Positions 17,534-27,933 of a stretch of 64,000 nucleotides of DNA are shown here, one piece after another. Position 1 is the stretch's first letter. Each line of letters starts with the position of its first letter. The notes below the pieces were generated by a model. It saw only the letters and a list, made by a program, of their open reading frames with translations. It ran no database searches and had not been told where the DNA came from. Location of the stretch: sequence record KF055347, one strand, 5' to 3'. The position numbers and the translations under genes are program-made. Source of the DNA: Escherichia phage JH2.

Positions 17534-17900
17534 TCACCACGTCAACATATTTCATCACATCTAAGTGGATTTTTTCGTGCAGTTGAAAACCTGTCCAAAG
17601 CCATATAGACTTTTCTGGATAAACAGTTTTAATACGCTTACATATGTTAGTGACCTCTTGAATGTTTCTGTCATCCAGAGGCTCCCCACCAAGTATTGAC
17701 AGCCCACTGATAGCATTATCATCCATTAACTTAATGATGCCGTAGAGGTTTGCATAAGTAAACTCTTTACCAGCATTAAACTTCCAAGACTCCCTGTTAA
17801 AGCAGCCTTCACAGTGATGTTTGCAGCCAGCTACGAAGAGGCTTACCCGAACCCCTTCACCATTAGGTGTGTCAAATGGTCGAATCTCCATGTAATTCAT
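17415..17900 (-). CDS. nrdG: anaerobic ribonucleotide reductase activating protein (radical SAM)
   Basis: 161 aa; CKHHCEGC is a CxxxCxxC cluster motif; GGEP and RGSDNQNLW resemble T4 NrdG. Confidence 0.8.
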   Translation of the reverse strand: MNYMEIRPFDTPNGEGVRVSLFVAGCKHHCEGCFNRESWKFNAGKEFTYANLYGIIKLMDDNAISGLSILGGEPLDDRNIQEVTNICKRIKTVYPEKSIWLWTGFQLHEKIHLDVMKYVDVVIDGKYDSSKPTVKPYRGSDNQNLWRKEYGWQGDCQWRAE

Positions 17901-17935
17901 ATAGTTACCTCACCAATATTATTTAAGCCTTTTAC

Positions 17936-18331
17936 TCATTCAAACACTACCTGACAAGGAACCTGTTTAGTAATAAACTCTTCACAGTGTTCTTTAATGA
18001 AGTTTTGTAATGGCACACTGTCTTGTGCACAAGTCATTAGCATAATGTACTCTGGATTCATGATATTTTCAAGGGTGTAGAAGACAACATCGTCAGATAA
18101 TTCATGACCATCTTCTTCAGACCAAGTTCCAGTGACTACAGCTAGTTTATCAAGTAACTCATTAGGCAACGCTACACCGTCTTCTACGGAATCACTTAGA
18201 ACATTGTCGCTGATGTACAATGTGAAGACTGTATGGAATGTTGAGTATTTTACGTGATTCTTTTCGCAAGAGCCACACTCTGAGGCGTAGTCTTTAACCC
18301 ACTCTAACTGTTTTTGGTTCAACTTAATCAT
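17936..18331 (-). CDS. hypothetical protein
   Basis: 131-aa acidic ORF. Confidence 0.45.
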   Translation of the reverse strand: MIKLNQKQLEWVKDYASECGSCEKNHVKYSTFHTVFTLYISDNVLSDSVEDGVALPNELLDKLAVVTGTWSEEDGHELSDDVVFYTLENIMNPEYIMLMTCAQDSVPLQNFIKEHCEEFITKQVPCQVVFE

Positions 18332-18543
18332 AATTTCACCCTAGTTGGTAATGCACTGAATGCTATAGCTAACCCTAAAAATGGTTTGAAGCATGACCAT
18401 AAATCCATTTGTCCATGATATGATAAACTCCATTGTGGGTCTGAAAAACCCCATACCATAACACTAACCCCAAAGAAGAAGATTGCTATGTGTAGTATGG
18501 GTGCTAATACCCTTAAGAGTGTTGTCATTGTTAATTCCACCAT
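18328..18543 (-). CDS. hypothetical small membrane protein
   Basis: 71 aa, two hydrophobic segments. Confidence 0.4.
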   Translation of the reverse strand: MVELTMTTLLRVLAPILHIAIFFFGVSVMVWGFSDPQWSLSYHGQMDLWSCFKPFLGLAIAFSALPTRVKL

Positions 18544-18917
18544 ATAGTTTTACCATTATCACATGTGTAAAGATACTCTACAGAAGTTTGTGGGACAAGT
18601 ATAGTGGTGTTCCCACTAAGTACACTCACAAAATAAGTAACTTCACGATGTTGATGAGTTTTTACACAATTGTTTGCCTCCATCCATATCACAGTTTTGT
18701 ATGAATAGAACACCGCCAAGACACAAAGTGTAATAACCCCAACTATCATGGCAAACTCAGGCAAAAAATCTGACTGTATGATGTCCCTAAATCTCATTAT
18801 TCCAAGAATAAATAAGATTATCAGACATACAATCCCACAAACTGCTACATAAAGCCACAAGTCCATGATGCAACTCCAAATAAAAAGGTGATGTAAGCCT
18901 ATCAAGACCCACACCAC
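18531..18917 (-). CDS. hypothetical membrane protein
   Basis: 128 aa with several predicted TM segments. Confidence 0.45.
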   Translation of the reverse strand: MVWVLIGLHHLFIWSCIMDLWLYVAVCGIVCLIILFILGIMRFRDIIQSDFLPEFAMIVGVITLCVLAVFYSYKTVIWMEANNCVKTHQHREVTYFVSVLSGNTTILVPQTSVEYLYTCDNGKTIWWN

Positions 18918-18928
18918 CTTGTCAAGTT

Positions 18929-19495
18929 TTACATAAACTTATTTTTCTTACAATTGTCAAAATGGTAACGAGTCATGTTACCAGCACCACCAGTCATGCC
19001 ACAATGAGGGCAAGTTTTCTTTTCCTTTGGCTTTTTCCCAGCTTCTGACATCTTCTTCCTTGTTTCTATAGACCTTTTACATCCTTTTGATTTTGTATTA
19101 CCTATTTGGGCTTCTCCTAACCGTCTTCGATGTTCTTCAGTGAAAACCCTACCTTTATTCACAATAGATAAAGCTTTCGAGTTTAAAGCCCTTATCTTTT
19201 CATAGTCTCTGGATGATATTTTCCTGTCTAGTCCATCATGAGCTAACCTGTGCCATGCAAACCATAACTTATGGTTGTCTGGATACATCTTAACCAGCAA
19301 TTTATGAGCTATATAATGCTCTCTAGGTGTAAGTAAAGCAATATTGTCTCCACTAATTTTATCACCACCTAAGCATACTGGTATAATATGGTGTCTTTCA
19401 TAACCTTTGCCTTGACATTTGTAGTATGTGAGAGGCACACCCCTTTCAGAATGTGCCTTCTTAATAATTGCATTATAGATTAGTTCGTAATTCAT
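18929..19495 (-). CDS. free-standing HNH homing endonuclease-like protein
   Basis: 188 aa; ERHHIIPVCLGGDKISGDNIALLTPREHYIAH is an HNH motif; lies between nrdD exon 2 and nrdG. Confidence 0.65.
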   Translation of the reverse strand: MNYELIYNAIIKKAHSERGVPLTYYKCQGKGYERHHIIPVCLGGDKISGDNIALLTPREHYIAHKLLVKMYPDNHKLWFAWHRLAHDGLDRKISSRDYEKIRALNSKALSIVNKGRVFTEEHRRRLGEAQIGNTKSKGCKRSIETRKKMSEAGKKPKEKKTCPHCGMTGGAGNMTRYHFDNCKKNKFM

Positions 19496-19502
19496 TTAGA
19501 TG

Positions 19503-20450
19503 CTACATAGAAACCCTATCCTTAATTTCTGCCATCTTAGCGTCATTCATTCGAGACTGACCTTTAATTTTTGTGAATGACAAGTACCCGCACACCCTGT
19601 TAATCACAGAGATATCATGTGAATGGCAAACCTCACATTCTTCAACATCAGCCTTTGGTCTGTTACCGCAATGCTCACAGATTGCTAAGTCAAAGTTAAG
19701 TCCCTGATAAAAACCTTTCAACATCCCTCTTGTAATACAACTTTTAAGTGCTGGTAAGTTTTCTGGGTTAGCTACCCTCACATACTGGATTCTGCCACCT
19801 CTACAGATATGGAAGAATGGCTCTTCTAAGTCCTGCTTCTCAAATGGTGAGATGTTTGCTGCAACATTCATATGGAAACTGTTTGTAAAGTATTCCTTGT
19901 CAGAGACACCTTTAATAACGCCAAACATATCTCTGAACTGTTTTAACTGAGTTCCACAAAGTGATTCTGCTGGAGTGCCATATACCGCATACAAGAAGCC
20001 ATCTTCGTTCTTAAACTCTTCAGTTTTCATGTTAATGTATGCCAGAACATCGTATGCAAAACTATAGCTTCCAACTTCATGAAGTCGTTTACCTTCAGCA
20101 AGAACAGACAACTCATCAAGAGCAGTAACCCCAAAAGAGGCTGTGAAAGACTTCACAATATCCCAGCCAACCTTGTCAGTAGGTTTCTTAGTCCCTTTGT
20201 ACAGACCACCTTGTGTGAATGCAAGAGGGTTAGAACTTGCTGGCATATTAGCAATCATCTCGTAGCGTTTCTTGTGGAAGCTGCGAATCATCTCTAGGTA
20301 CTTATCAAGCTCCTTCCAGAAATCTAAACCATTCTCTTTAGAATATTGGTAAATCATTGGTAAGTTCAAAGATACAGCACCAATGTTAGCACGACCTACA
20401 TAAAACTCTTCACCATCTTCGTTATGATATGGTGATAAGAACGCTCTACA
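19503..20450 (-). CDS. nrdD: anaerobic ribonucleoside-triphosphate reductase NrdD, exon 2
   Basis: reading frame is open upstream of the annotated Met to CRAFLSP at 20450, continuing T4 NrdD ..PMG/CRSFLS; contains TNSFH and C-terminal Cys cluster. Confidence 0.75.
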   Translation of the reverse strand, partial: CRAFLSPYHNEDGEEFYVGRANIGAVSLNLPMIYQYSKENGLDFWKELDKYLEMIRSFHKKRYEMIANMPASSNPLAFTQGGLYKGTKKPTDKVGWDIVKSFTASFGVTALDELSVLAEGKRLHEVGSYSFAYDVLAYINMKTEEFKNEDGFLYAVYGTPAESLCGTQLKQFRDMFGVIKGVSDKEYFTNSFHMNVAANISPFEKQDLEEPFFHICRGGRIQYVRVANPENLPALKSCITRGMLKGFYQGLNFDLAICEHCGNRPKADVEECEVCHSHDISVINRVCGYLSFTKIKGQSRMNDAKMAEIKDRVSM

Positions 20451-21192
20451 CTTGTTGTTCAGGTAAGTTCGCTACGCTTACCCCGCTTTATTCAAGCTGC
20501 TTACTGTCACCAGTAAGTCCAGACTATATCTTCTACTTATTTCTAAGTAGCGTACCATTTCGAGTCGCTTGACCCTACACCGCTACATTCATCACGGTTA
20601 GTCGTTCGGCATTTAAATGTACTCAAAATCATGTTCAAAGTTATTATGCTCTTTTACACACTTCAATATTGAAGAGATAGTCTTGCGATTATACCCAAGT
20701 ACATTAGATAACTCTCGTATTGACTTAGCAACAATAACTTCTTTTGTCACTTTATGTGTAGCCTTCACAGCATATGAACGCTTACAAAACTTGTAGCAAC
20801 CATTCTCATAGCCTTCTTTAACATTCTCAGAATGAGTTCCCCATTCTAAGTTAGAAGCATGGTTGTTCAGTTTGTTATCATCTTTGTGTTTTACAATTGG
20901 AAGATTGTTAGGGTTAGGTACATACTTTTCAGCAACTAACCTATGGACATACATGTCACGATTCTTCCTTCCATAAAACCTTACTTTCATATAACCAGTG
21001 TTGGATTTCCACTGCGTAAGTTCTACACCATTTTTCCTAAAGACTCTTCCGTCCTCAGTAACATGATAATTTGGCATGTAATACTCCTATTTTATATAGT
21101 TTCTTACATCGTACATCATTTAGCACAGGATTGTCTACACCTGTAGAGTTTCCCTGTTTAGGCACGTTTTAGATGAGCTATAGAGCTTGTTA
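20451..21192 (-). mobile_element. group I intron in nrdD carrying an HNH homing endonuclease ORF
   Basis: exon 1 ends ..ISPMG with a U then an in-frame stop; conserved core element AAGATATAGTC on the minus strand (plus 20522-20530); intron ends in G before TGT. Confidence 0.7.
20613..21077 (-). CDS. intron-encoded HNH-family homing endonuclease
   Basis: 154 aa; HKDDNKLNNHASNLEWGTHSEN is an HNH_3-type motif; located inside the nrdD intron. Confidence 0.65.
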   Translation of the reverse strand: MPNYHVTEDGRVFRKNGVELTQWKSNTGYMKVRFYGRKNRDMYVHRLVAEKYVPNPNNLPIVKHKDDNKLNNHASNLEWGTHSENVKEGYENGCYKFCKRSYAVKATHKVTKEVIVAKSIRELSNVLGYNRKTISSILKCVKEHNNFEHDFEYI

Positions 21193-22389
21193 ACCCATCG
21201 GTGAAATAACCTTACCAGAACGCTCAAAAGCCTCTGCTACAGCACCGTGACCAGATACACTTAAGAAATCTGGATACATTGCTTTAGAGCAACACTCAAC
21301 GGCTTTACTGTACAGGTGTCCTTGACAGATATTCTCATTGTGTCTCTTCTGGTCATGAATATAAACCAGTTTAGGGAATACAACAGGCTTCTTACTCTTA
21401 CCTTGTCCATTCATGCGAACATCAAGAATGGTGTTTGCAATCATGTATTGCAGTCGGTTGTCTTCATTAGACATATCTGAGTCAAGTAAACCAAATGTTA
21501 AAGTTGTGAATGCAAAATCACCACGGCTACAAGGTACAGTATTTAGTTTCATTTCGAGTGACTGGAAGCCTTGAGTTAATTCAATCTGTAGCTGCTCCAT
21601 GACATAATTATGGTAATGTTCTTTAGGAATACCGTAAGATGCTGCTTTCTCAGCATGATAGCGTAGAGACTTCTTAGCATACGGTACAAGCACCTTATCA
21701 ATCTCTGCTAAAGTAAATCCACCAAATTGCTGTGCAGTTGCTGAAAGAACTACATCACCGATAACTTGTAAGGCTGACAGTACAGACTTCGGTTCACAGT
21801 ATTCGATGCCAGACATTTCAAAGCCGCCTTTCAGTACTTTACCAATGTCAAACAAGCAACAGTTAATACCGCCAAAAATCAGGTCTCTCAAATCGTGGAT
21901 ATAGATAAACCCTTTTTCAATGGATTCAAGTTCCTCTGGTGTTAAATGGTACTGTTTAAAGATTTCTTTAGTCAGATAACCACGAATAATTGAACCTTTT
22001 GTAGAAATTAAACTACTGTCAAAGTTAGCATTTTCACGGTCACCTAAGAAGAGTGTGTCTTTAGTCTTTTGGTAAAGCTCATCCCAATTTTGAGCAACCT
22101 CTTTACGATAATTTCTATATGTTGAGTAAGACTCATAAATCTCGTGATTTACTTCTGCCAAAGCACCCTCAACAATACTGTGAATATCGTTTACTGAGAT
22201 GAGCAAATTATTCTGCTTAGTGGACTTTACCAGAATCCTCATAAATGCTGACTCAAGAGCTTGAGTAACATCTGGTGGAAGTTCTTTATAACCAACCCTG
22301 TTAGCTGACTTTGTGACTGCTGCTAAAACTTTTTTGATATCAGGTTCTTCGAGTGAGCCATTCTTTTTAATAATCTGTACTTTGTTCAT
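21193..22389 (-). CDS. nrdD: anaerobic ribonucleoside-triphosphate reductase NrdD, exon 1
   Basis: N-terminal ATP-cone-like region; IYIHDLRDLIFGGINCCLFD aligns with T4 NrdD HVHDIDY..NCCLVD; ends ISPMG. Confidence 0.75.
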
Positions 22390-22413
22390 TATTGCCCCTT
22401 TACATGCTAAAAA

Positions 22414-22429
22414 GGTCTCCGAAGAGACC
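22414..22429 (-). terminator. terminator-like hairpin
   Basis: GGTCTC-CGAA-GAGACC followed by a T-run on the minus strand. Confidence 0.45.
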
Positions 22430-22437
22430 CTTTCATT

Positions 22438-22644
22438 TTAAATCTTTTTAGAAAACTTCACAAAGAGTTTTCTTAACTTTTCGGTGATGCCCAGATGTAT
22501 CTCTAGGATTTCAAATATAACCCATAGTAACATGACTCCAAACAACAAACCTTGTTTAAAGTCAGTAAATAGGTTAGCAATAAGCATACCAATTACAATA
22601 ACTGGTGCATCAATAACCAAACCTTCCCAAAGGCGTTTAAGCAT
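22438..22644 (-). CDS. hypothetical small membrane protein
   Basis: 68 aa, two hydrophobic helices. Confidence 0.4.
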   Translation of the reverse strand: MLKRLWEGLVIDAPVIVIGMLIANLFTDFKQGLLFGVMLLWVIFEILEIHLGITEKLRKLFVKFSKKI

Positions 22645-22879
22645 TATTCACCTCTGCCATAAAATTCTGTAGCGTCCCAACAGGTTTTAGGTTTTGTCCA
22701 TCAGTTTTCATGATGAATGGCATCTGACGAACTGGCATCTGTGCAATGTCCATTAATTCCGATAGCTCATAGTCCTGCCCTAACATTCTCACAACATGGT
22801 CAATACCACGAGCTTTTGCAAAATTCTTTGCAGTCTCACACTGATGGCATCCAGTTTTGGAATAAATTACATAAGTCAT
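22637..22879 (-). CDS. glutaredoxin-like protein (NrdH/NrdC-like redoxin)
   Basis: 80 aa; CHQC redox motif near the N-terminus; sits between RNR genes. Confidence 0.6.
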   Translation of the reverse strand: MTYVIYSKTGCHQCETAKNFAKARGIDHVVRMLGQDYELSELMDIAQMPVRQMPFIMKTDGQNLKPVGTLQNFMAEVNNA

Positions 22880-23952
22880 TAAGGAACCTCTAAAAATCCA
22901 CTATTCAAATCATCTACAACAGTATTCAATAAATACGCACCGTTCTGTTGCTCCTGATTAGCATTCTGCTCTTTATCAATTTCCATCTTCTTAATCATAT
23001 ACTTCAAAGGTGGTTCTTTAGGAGCTACAAAATCTCTGGGAATGCCAAACATATCATACAGTGGGGCAGCATTATAGTAAACCCACTCATGAAGAAGCTT
23101 TGTATTTAACCCAACTACAGCACGTCCTTCGGAGAAGATATAATACGACCATTTCTCTTCACTTTCAACTACTTCATCTAAGATTACTTTAATCTCTGGA
23201 AGAATTTGTTGGAAAGCTTTTTGCCACTCATCATCTCTTAAAGTTTCTTTTAAAACTTCAATATCAATTTTAGTGTGAAGGATTTCGTCAAGCATAATTT
23301 TCTGGACAGCTTGAGCAATACCTTGAAATTTATCTTGAGCATCAAGTGCAAAAGTACATGCAAAGGATGCCATAAAAGAAATACCTTCAAGTGCAGTCAC
23401 TGCAAATAGACCTTTTAGAATCACTTTATGGAAGTGTAAAGGGTCTTTGTCCAGAAGCGAGTCGCGGACATAACTCAGACGATAGTTTATACCTTCATCT
23501 AGTAATTCTTCAAGAACACGGTTCACAGTTTTTAATCGGTCTTGTACAGCAATGTTCTGGTTAATCTCATCTAAGATTGTTTCAGGATTTTTAATACATT
23601 GCCTTACAATCTCTGAGTAAGTAAGAGCATGTAGGTTTTCAATCTCAGACTGCTTCATAATTGCAGTTGCATAAATGTCATCAGAGATGAATGGTGCAAA
23701 GGCAAACGCTAAGCTCTTAGCAACTTGGGTATCTGCTTCCCACTGCCACTTAAGAATCTCAAGCATTACACCTGACATTGATGCTGGTACACTCTCAAAA
23801 TCAAGACGTGATTGTTCAAAAGGGAACTCATCTTCTGACCAGTCTTGTGCTTTTTGTTGTTTATATAGTTCAAAGATTTTTGGGTAGTGTTTATTAAGTG
23901 AGTCAAACGTCTTTCTCTCACCACCTAAAAAGATTGGGTGTTGGTTAATCAT
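22879..23952 (-). CDS. nrdB: ribonucleotide reductase class I small subunit
   Basis: di-iron ligand-like ExxH spacing (LDEILH); start at internal Met 23952 (MINQHPIF) has an AGGAG RBS and avoids overlap; longest ORF runs to 24012. Confidence 0.75.
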   Translation of the reverse strand: MINQHPIFLGGERKTFDSLNKHYPKIFELYKQQKAQDWSEDEFPFEQSRLDFESVPASMSGVMLEILKWQWEADTQVAKSLAFAFAPFISDDIYATAIMKQSEIENLHALTYSEIVRQCIKNPETILDEINQNIAVQDRLKTVNRVLEELLDEGINYRLSYVRDSLLDKDPLHFHKVILKGLFAVTALEGISFMASFACTFALDAQDKFQGIAQAVQKIMLDEILHTKIDIEVLKETLRDDEWQKAFQQILPEIKVILDEVVESEEKWSYYIFSEGRAVVGLNTKLLHEWVYYNAAPLYDMFGIPRDFVAPKEPPLKYMIKKMEIDKEQNANQEQQNGAYLLNTVVDDLNSGFLEVP

Positions 23953-24206
23953 AGTGTGATTTCTCCTTTCTTTATCATCTCTAAGGCTTGTTTTCTGTCT
24001 AAAACTTCCCAATTTTCTTTGTTAAACATCTCATAAGGTCTTGCGTAGATTTTACCATCTGCTGTAGAGATGTAAGAGATACCAGCAACCCATGAGTCAT
24101 CCTTTTGTTTTATCATCATATCTGTGCTACTCACATAGTACAGCGTTTTCCGAGGTTTATGGAGCAAATATATGGGCCACTCGTGATTTGCTATTAAGTC
24201 TTTCAT
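23949..24206 (-). CDS. hypothetical small protein between nrdA and nrdB
   Basis: ORF 23949..24290 trimmed to internal Met at 24206 (GGAGA RBS); stop overlaps nrdB start as ATGA. Confidence 0.35.
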   Translation of the reverse strand: MKDLIANHEWPIYLLHKPRKTLYYVSSTDMMIKQKDDSWVAGISYISTADGKIYARPYEMFNKENWEVLDRKQALEMIKKGEITL

Positions 24207-24261
24207 AGTTTCTCCAAAGTTAATTTTAGAGGGTCTTTTACGACCCTCATAGTTATTAAAA

Positions 24262-26496
24262 CTAAACACCACAACCCTCGCAATAAGCATCTTGCAGTGC
24301 AGATTTACCTACACCAATGCGACTGTTAAGGTAGTACATGGTTTTCATACCTACTGAGTTGGCATAAATCATGTACTTCAAAGCTTGAGCCAATGATACC
24401 TTCTTAGACTTTGCATAGTCAACATAGAAATCTGAAGAGATAGCTTGACCAGTGAACTTTTGAACAATTGCATAACAATCAATCAGGTCAAAGGTGTCAA
24501 TATCCCAAGCAATTTCATAGACATACTTCAACTCTTCGTAATCTGGAACAATAAACAGTACGTTACCAGTTGCAGACTTTTTAGTTAAAATAAAGTCACG
24601 AATTGGGTACAAACCATTTGTTGTATTAGTTGCCAGTGAAGAACTCTCATTAGGCATGTAAGCTTCTAATACAGAGTTACGGATTCCACCATTTTCTTTA
24701 ATACGTTGTGCTAAGTCATCCCAATCATAACGAAGTTTTGCATCATGCTTCTCATCAATCTTCCTGTTAGCTGTTTTCGGAGGAACCCAACCTTCAGGAT
24801 ACTTAGTGAACTGCATATACTCAGGTACACCACGTTCTTTAGCAAGTCTTAAAGAAGCTTCGTGTAAGTAGTAAGAGTGCATTTCAGCAAGCTCATGAAG
24901 CTTCGTCTTACCTGCTCTTGAAGAGTAGTTCACGTAGTTTTTCGCAAGGTAATGAGCCACATTTGTAAGGCCAATCCCAACAGAACGACGCTTCTGAACA
25001 TGGTTGCGCATCGACGGATACGGATAATCCATAAGGTCGATAACGGAGTCAACCATTGCAAGAGCATAATAAGCAACGTCAGCGTATTCATCTTCTGAAA
25101 TTCTCCCTGCAACCAAACTAGCTAGGAAGCAAAGGGCTACCTCACCATCCTCTTTCACAGCATCATCTCTGTAAAGGTCTGTCTCTTTCTCAAAGCCGTA
25201 CACTGGCAACACAATTTCCATACAAAGATTTGACATCTTCAAAGGTTCTTTAAATGGTGTATGTGTGTTTGCATTATTCGTGAAGAATGGATACACACGA
25301 CCTGTTGCATAACGCTGCTGGATAAACAGTTTAGCAATTTCACGAGCCTTCACCCGTCTGTGCTTAACACCTGAATGTACTGCATGACCAACTGCCATAG
25401 CAAACTCATCAGCAGATGCTGTGTAGAACATGTCATAGAGTTTTGGCGCATCCTTGTAAGAGAATAGCAACCAGTCTGTATCATATTGAACACACTGCCA
25501 GAAATAATCATTTGTACCAAATGAGTAGTCCATCTCGTTAATACGTTTTGAAGGAACCGTTGTAGGGTGCTTCAAACGTAGTAAATCTTCAATCTGCGGG
25601 TCTAGAGCAGTGTAGAAGTTGTTAGCTGAACCACCACGACTCTTCTGTTTGTTTGCCTCTACAGATGAACGTACAAGCTTGTAATAAGGTAGTTTACCCA
25701 TGTGCTCAATAGTATTTTGACGAATACCATCACCAATAGTGCGAGTCTCCATCAACATACCAATACCAGCTTGCTTTGTAGTCATATCATAAGCAACCTT
25801 TGCAGCAATACCTAGAGATTCAGCAGTATCATTTGCCTTAATCAAACAGCATGACGCATAACCTGATTTAGTAGCTCTTAAACCATTCAGATAAGGCGTA
25901 GGAGCGTTAATCTTCAGGTCAGATAGGTAAGTGTACAGCTTGATAACATCTTGCAGTCTACGGTGCTTTGGTTGCTTCTCGAAGGCTTTCATAGCCATAC
26001 CCATAAACATAAACTGCGGTGACTCAAAAAGTCTTCCCGTTTTAATATCACGGATACCATACTTGTCTCTGAACTGTTTCAGGACTGCATAGCCGTAAGA
26101 GATATCTTTTGAGTGTACGATGTAACCTTGCAGATATTCAAGTTCTTCCTGTGAATAATCCATCTTCTCCCAAAGTCCTGCTCTCTCCATATTTTTAACG
26201 AAGGTAACCAGCGTAGGAACCTTAGTAAATCCTCCAAAGGCTTCTTTGTAGATAATACCCAGAAGTAGCCGTCCAGCCATGTCTGAGTACTCTTGAGTTT
26301 GTTTATCAACACAAACATCAATCATGGCTTGGTGCATCTCTTTTGTGGTACAACCCTCATAGACACGTTTCATAGCTTCCATAGTGACTTCTGACCAGAT
26401 AATTCCACGCTTATCTGCCCATGATGCCCACTTATTCAGTCTTTCTGGGTCAAAGCTTACTACTGTACCGTTTGATTTTTTAATTGTCTTAATCAT
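24262..26496 (-). CDS. nrdA: ribonucleotide reductase class I large subunit
   Basis: 744 aa; N-terminal ATP-cone-like region; active-site SNLCMEI motif. Confidence 0.85.
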   Translation of the reverse strand: MIKTIKKSNGTVVSFDPERLNKWASWADKRGIIWSEVTMEAMKRVYEGCTTKEMHQAMIDVCVDKQTQEYSDMAGRLLLGIIYKEAFGGFTKVPTLVTFVKNMERAGLWEKMDYSQEELEYLQGYIVHSKDISYGYAVLKQFRDKYGIRDIKTGRLFESPQFMFMGMAMKAFEKQPKHRRLQDVIKLYTYLSDLKINAPTPYLNGLRATKSGYASCCLIKANDTAESLGIAAKVAYDMTTKQAGIGMLMETRTIGDGIRQNTIEHMGKLPYYKLVRSSVEANKQKSRGGSANNFYTALDPQIEDLLRLKHPTTVPSKRINEMDYSFGTNDYFWQCVQYDTDWLLFSYKDAPKLYDMFYTASADEFAMAVGHAVHSGVKHRRVKAREIAKLFIQQRYATGRVYPFFTNNANTHTPFKEPLKMSNLCMEIVLPVYGFEKETDLYRDDAVKEDGEVALCFLASLVAGRISEDEYADVAYYALAMVDSVIDLMDYPYPSMRNHVQKRRSVGIGLTNVAHYLAKNYVNYSSRAGKTKLHELAEMHSYYLHEASLRLAKERGVPEYMQFTKYPEGWVPPKTANRKIDEKHDAKLRYDWDDLAQRIKENGGIRNSVLEAYMPNESSSLATNTTNGLYPIRDFILTKKSATGNVLFIVPDYEELKYVYEIAWDIDTFDLIDCYAIVQKFTGQAISSDFYVDYAKSKKVSLAQALKYMIYANSVGMKTMYYLNSRIGVGKSALQDAYCEGCGV

Positions 26497-26518
26497 TTTT
26501 GAATCCTACAGGTGAAAA

Positions 26519-26536
26519 GAGCCTCCGAAGAGGCTC
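26519..26536 (-). terminator. terminator-like hairpin
   Basis: GAGCCTC-CGAA-GAGGCTC followed by a T-run on the minus strand. Confidence 0.45.
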
Positions 26537-26542
26537 CGTAGT

Positions 26543-26881
26543 TTAAATCTTGAAAATTTGCTCGTTCTGCCACATATCGTAAAACTTATCACTTACCTTT
26601 ATGACTGATGAAGTGTGCATACAATTCAGGGAGAACCATGATGGTGTATTATCATCCATAAGTGTTTCAAGTTTTTGTGTAACGTCCACATCCATGTCTG
26701 CAACAACGTAATTGCCTCGCATCTTGCAAACAATTCTTCCAAACAAGATTGCACTTCTGCCTCTTCGGTCATCACAGTACATAACTGTGTCACCGTGCTT
26801 AACATCTTGTCCGATACTATCAACACCTAATTTAGCACCTGAGATAATGTCATCATAAGATAGCTTTTTTGCTTTAGACAC
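26543..26881 (-). CDS. hypothetical protein
   Basis: 112-aa ORF. Confidence 0.45.
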   Translation of the reverse strand: MSKAKKLSYDDIISGAKLGVDSIGQDVKHGDTVMYCDDRRGRSAILFGRIVCKMRGNYVVADMDVDVTQKLETLMDDNTPSWFSLNCMHTSSVIKVSDKFYDMWQNEQIFKI

Positions 26882-27206
26882 GGTATTTCTCCAAGTTTCT
26901 TTTTAGATATAACCAACCATAGTCAGTTCTTTCTACACCCATGAATAGTGGAGCCATCACAACTTTACCGAAAGTATTCCTGTGTTGGCAGATTTCAAAG
27001 GAATACTCTTTCTCGATATCAATCCCGTATTTGTACAGAACTGCTTTTAAAACTTGTTCATTATCCAGAAGTGTATCTGGAGTCTCACCATACTTCTCAA
27101 GTAACGGGTCATACATAAACACCGTCATAGAGATATTGTAGTTTGAGAAGTGGCTCTTCTGAGCCACAACCTCTTTATTAATGCTCTGTGAATCCATTAT
27201 AACCAA
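26874..27206 (-). CDS. hypothetical protein
   Basis: 110-aa ORF. Confidence 0.45.
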   Translation of the reverse strand: MVIMDSQSINKEVVAQKSHFSNYNISMTVFMYDPLLEKYGETPDTLLDNEQVLKAVLYKYGIDIEKEYSFEICQHRNTFGKVVMAPLFMGVERTDYGWLYLKRNLEKYRV

Positions 27207-27933
27207 CCCCTTTTAACCAGCACTTCAGGTTATTAGCATCATAATTCAGTTTCGGGTATGAGGTTACATGGAACTGCTCACCATCATAGTAGACAATATC
27301 TGCAATCCATAGTCCATTCTCTTTACAGAAATCTTTATCTGCTTTAGAGGTAATTGGATTAACTTCTACAAAACCATCTACACCCAAATCCTTTAAGCTA
27401 CCTACAATACCTTTGCAGATAACGCATGTCTCAGATACTACCACAAAAAGTTCTTGGCTTTCAAGCTCTACAATGTATTCACCAAGCTGTACTTTAGGGA
27501 GATTTGACTGCTTCATAATCTTCCCATCGGCTGCACGAACAATTGCATACCATTCTTTACCATCAACTACTGACATTCTGATAACACACTCTTGACCAGT
27601 ACGCTTCTCAATATCTGCAAGACGTTTCAAAGCTTCTTCATAGTCGTCTGTGTACTTCAGGTCATTATTATGGCAAACAGCTTTCATAGCACCGTTATGG
27701 TCATGTTGTGACAGATAAATCAGACCATCAAGAACATATTGCAAATCTGCCTGAGCATCCAGTGTCTCAATGGGGTCTTTCTCTTCAATTGCTTTTACAA
27801 GCTCTTTTGCTTCTTCAAGCATACACAGGGACTGGGATTTTAAAGATTCCCAATACTCATCACTGTAAGGTTGCTTTTGAGTGTTTCCACAACGAAGATT
27901 CCAGTTTTTTACTGCTTCTCTTGAGTTAAACAT
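27178..27933 (-). CDS. MazG-like nucleotide pyrophosphohydrolase domain protein
   Basis: 251 aa; LEEAKELVKAIEEKD...DLQYVLD resembles the MazG E-E-x-x-E...D signature; extra C-terminal domain. Confidence 0.5.
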   Translation of the reverse strand: MFNSREAVKNWNLRCGNTQKQPYSDEYWESLKSQSLCMLEEAKELVKAIEEKDPIETLDAQADLQYVLDGLIYLSQHDHNGAMKAVCHNNDLKYTDDYEEALKRLADIEKRTGQECVIRMSVVDGKEWYAIVRAADGKIMKQSNLPKVQLGEYIVELESQELFVVVSETCVICKGIVGSLKDLGVDGFVEVNPITSKADKDFCKENGLWIADIVYYDGEQFHVTSYPKLNYDANNLKCWLKGVGYNGFTEH

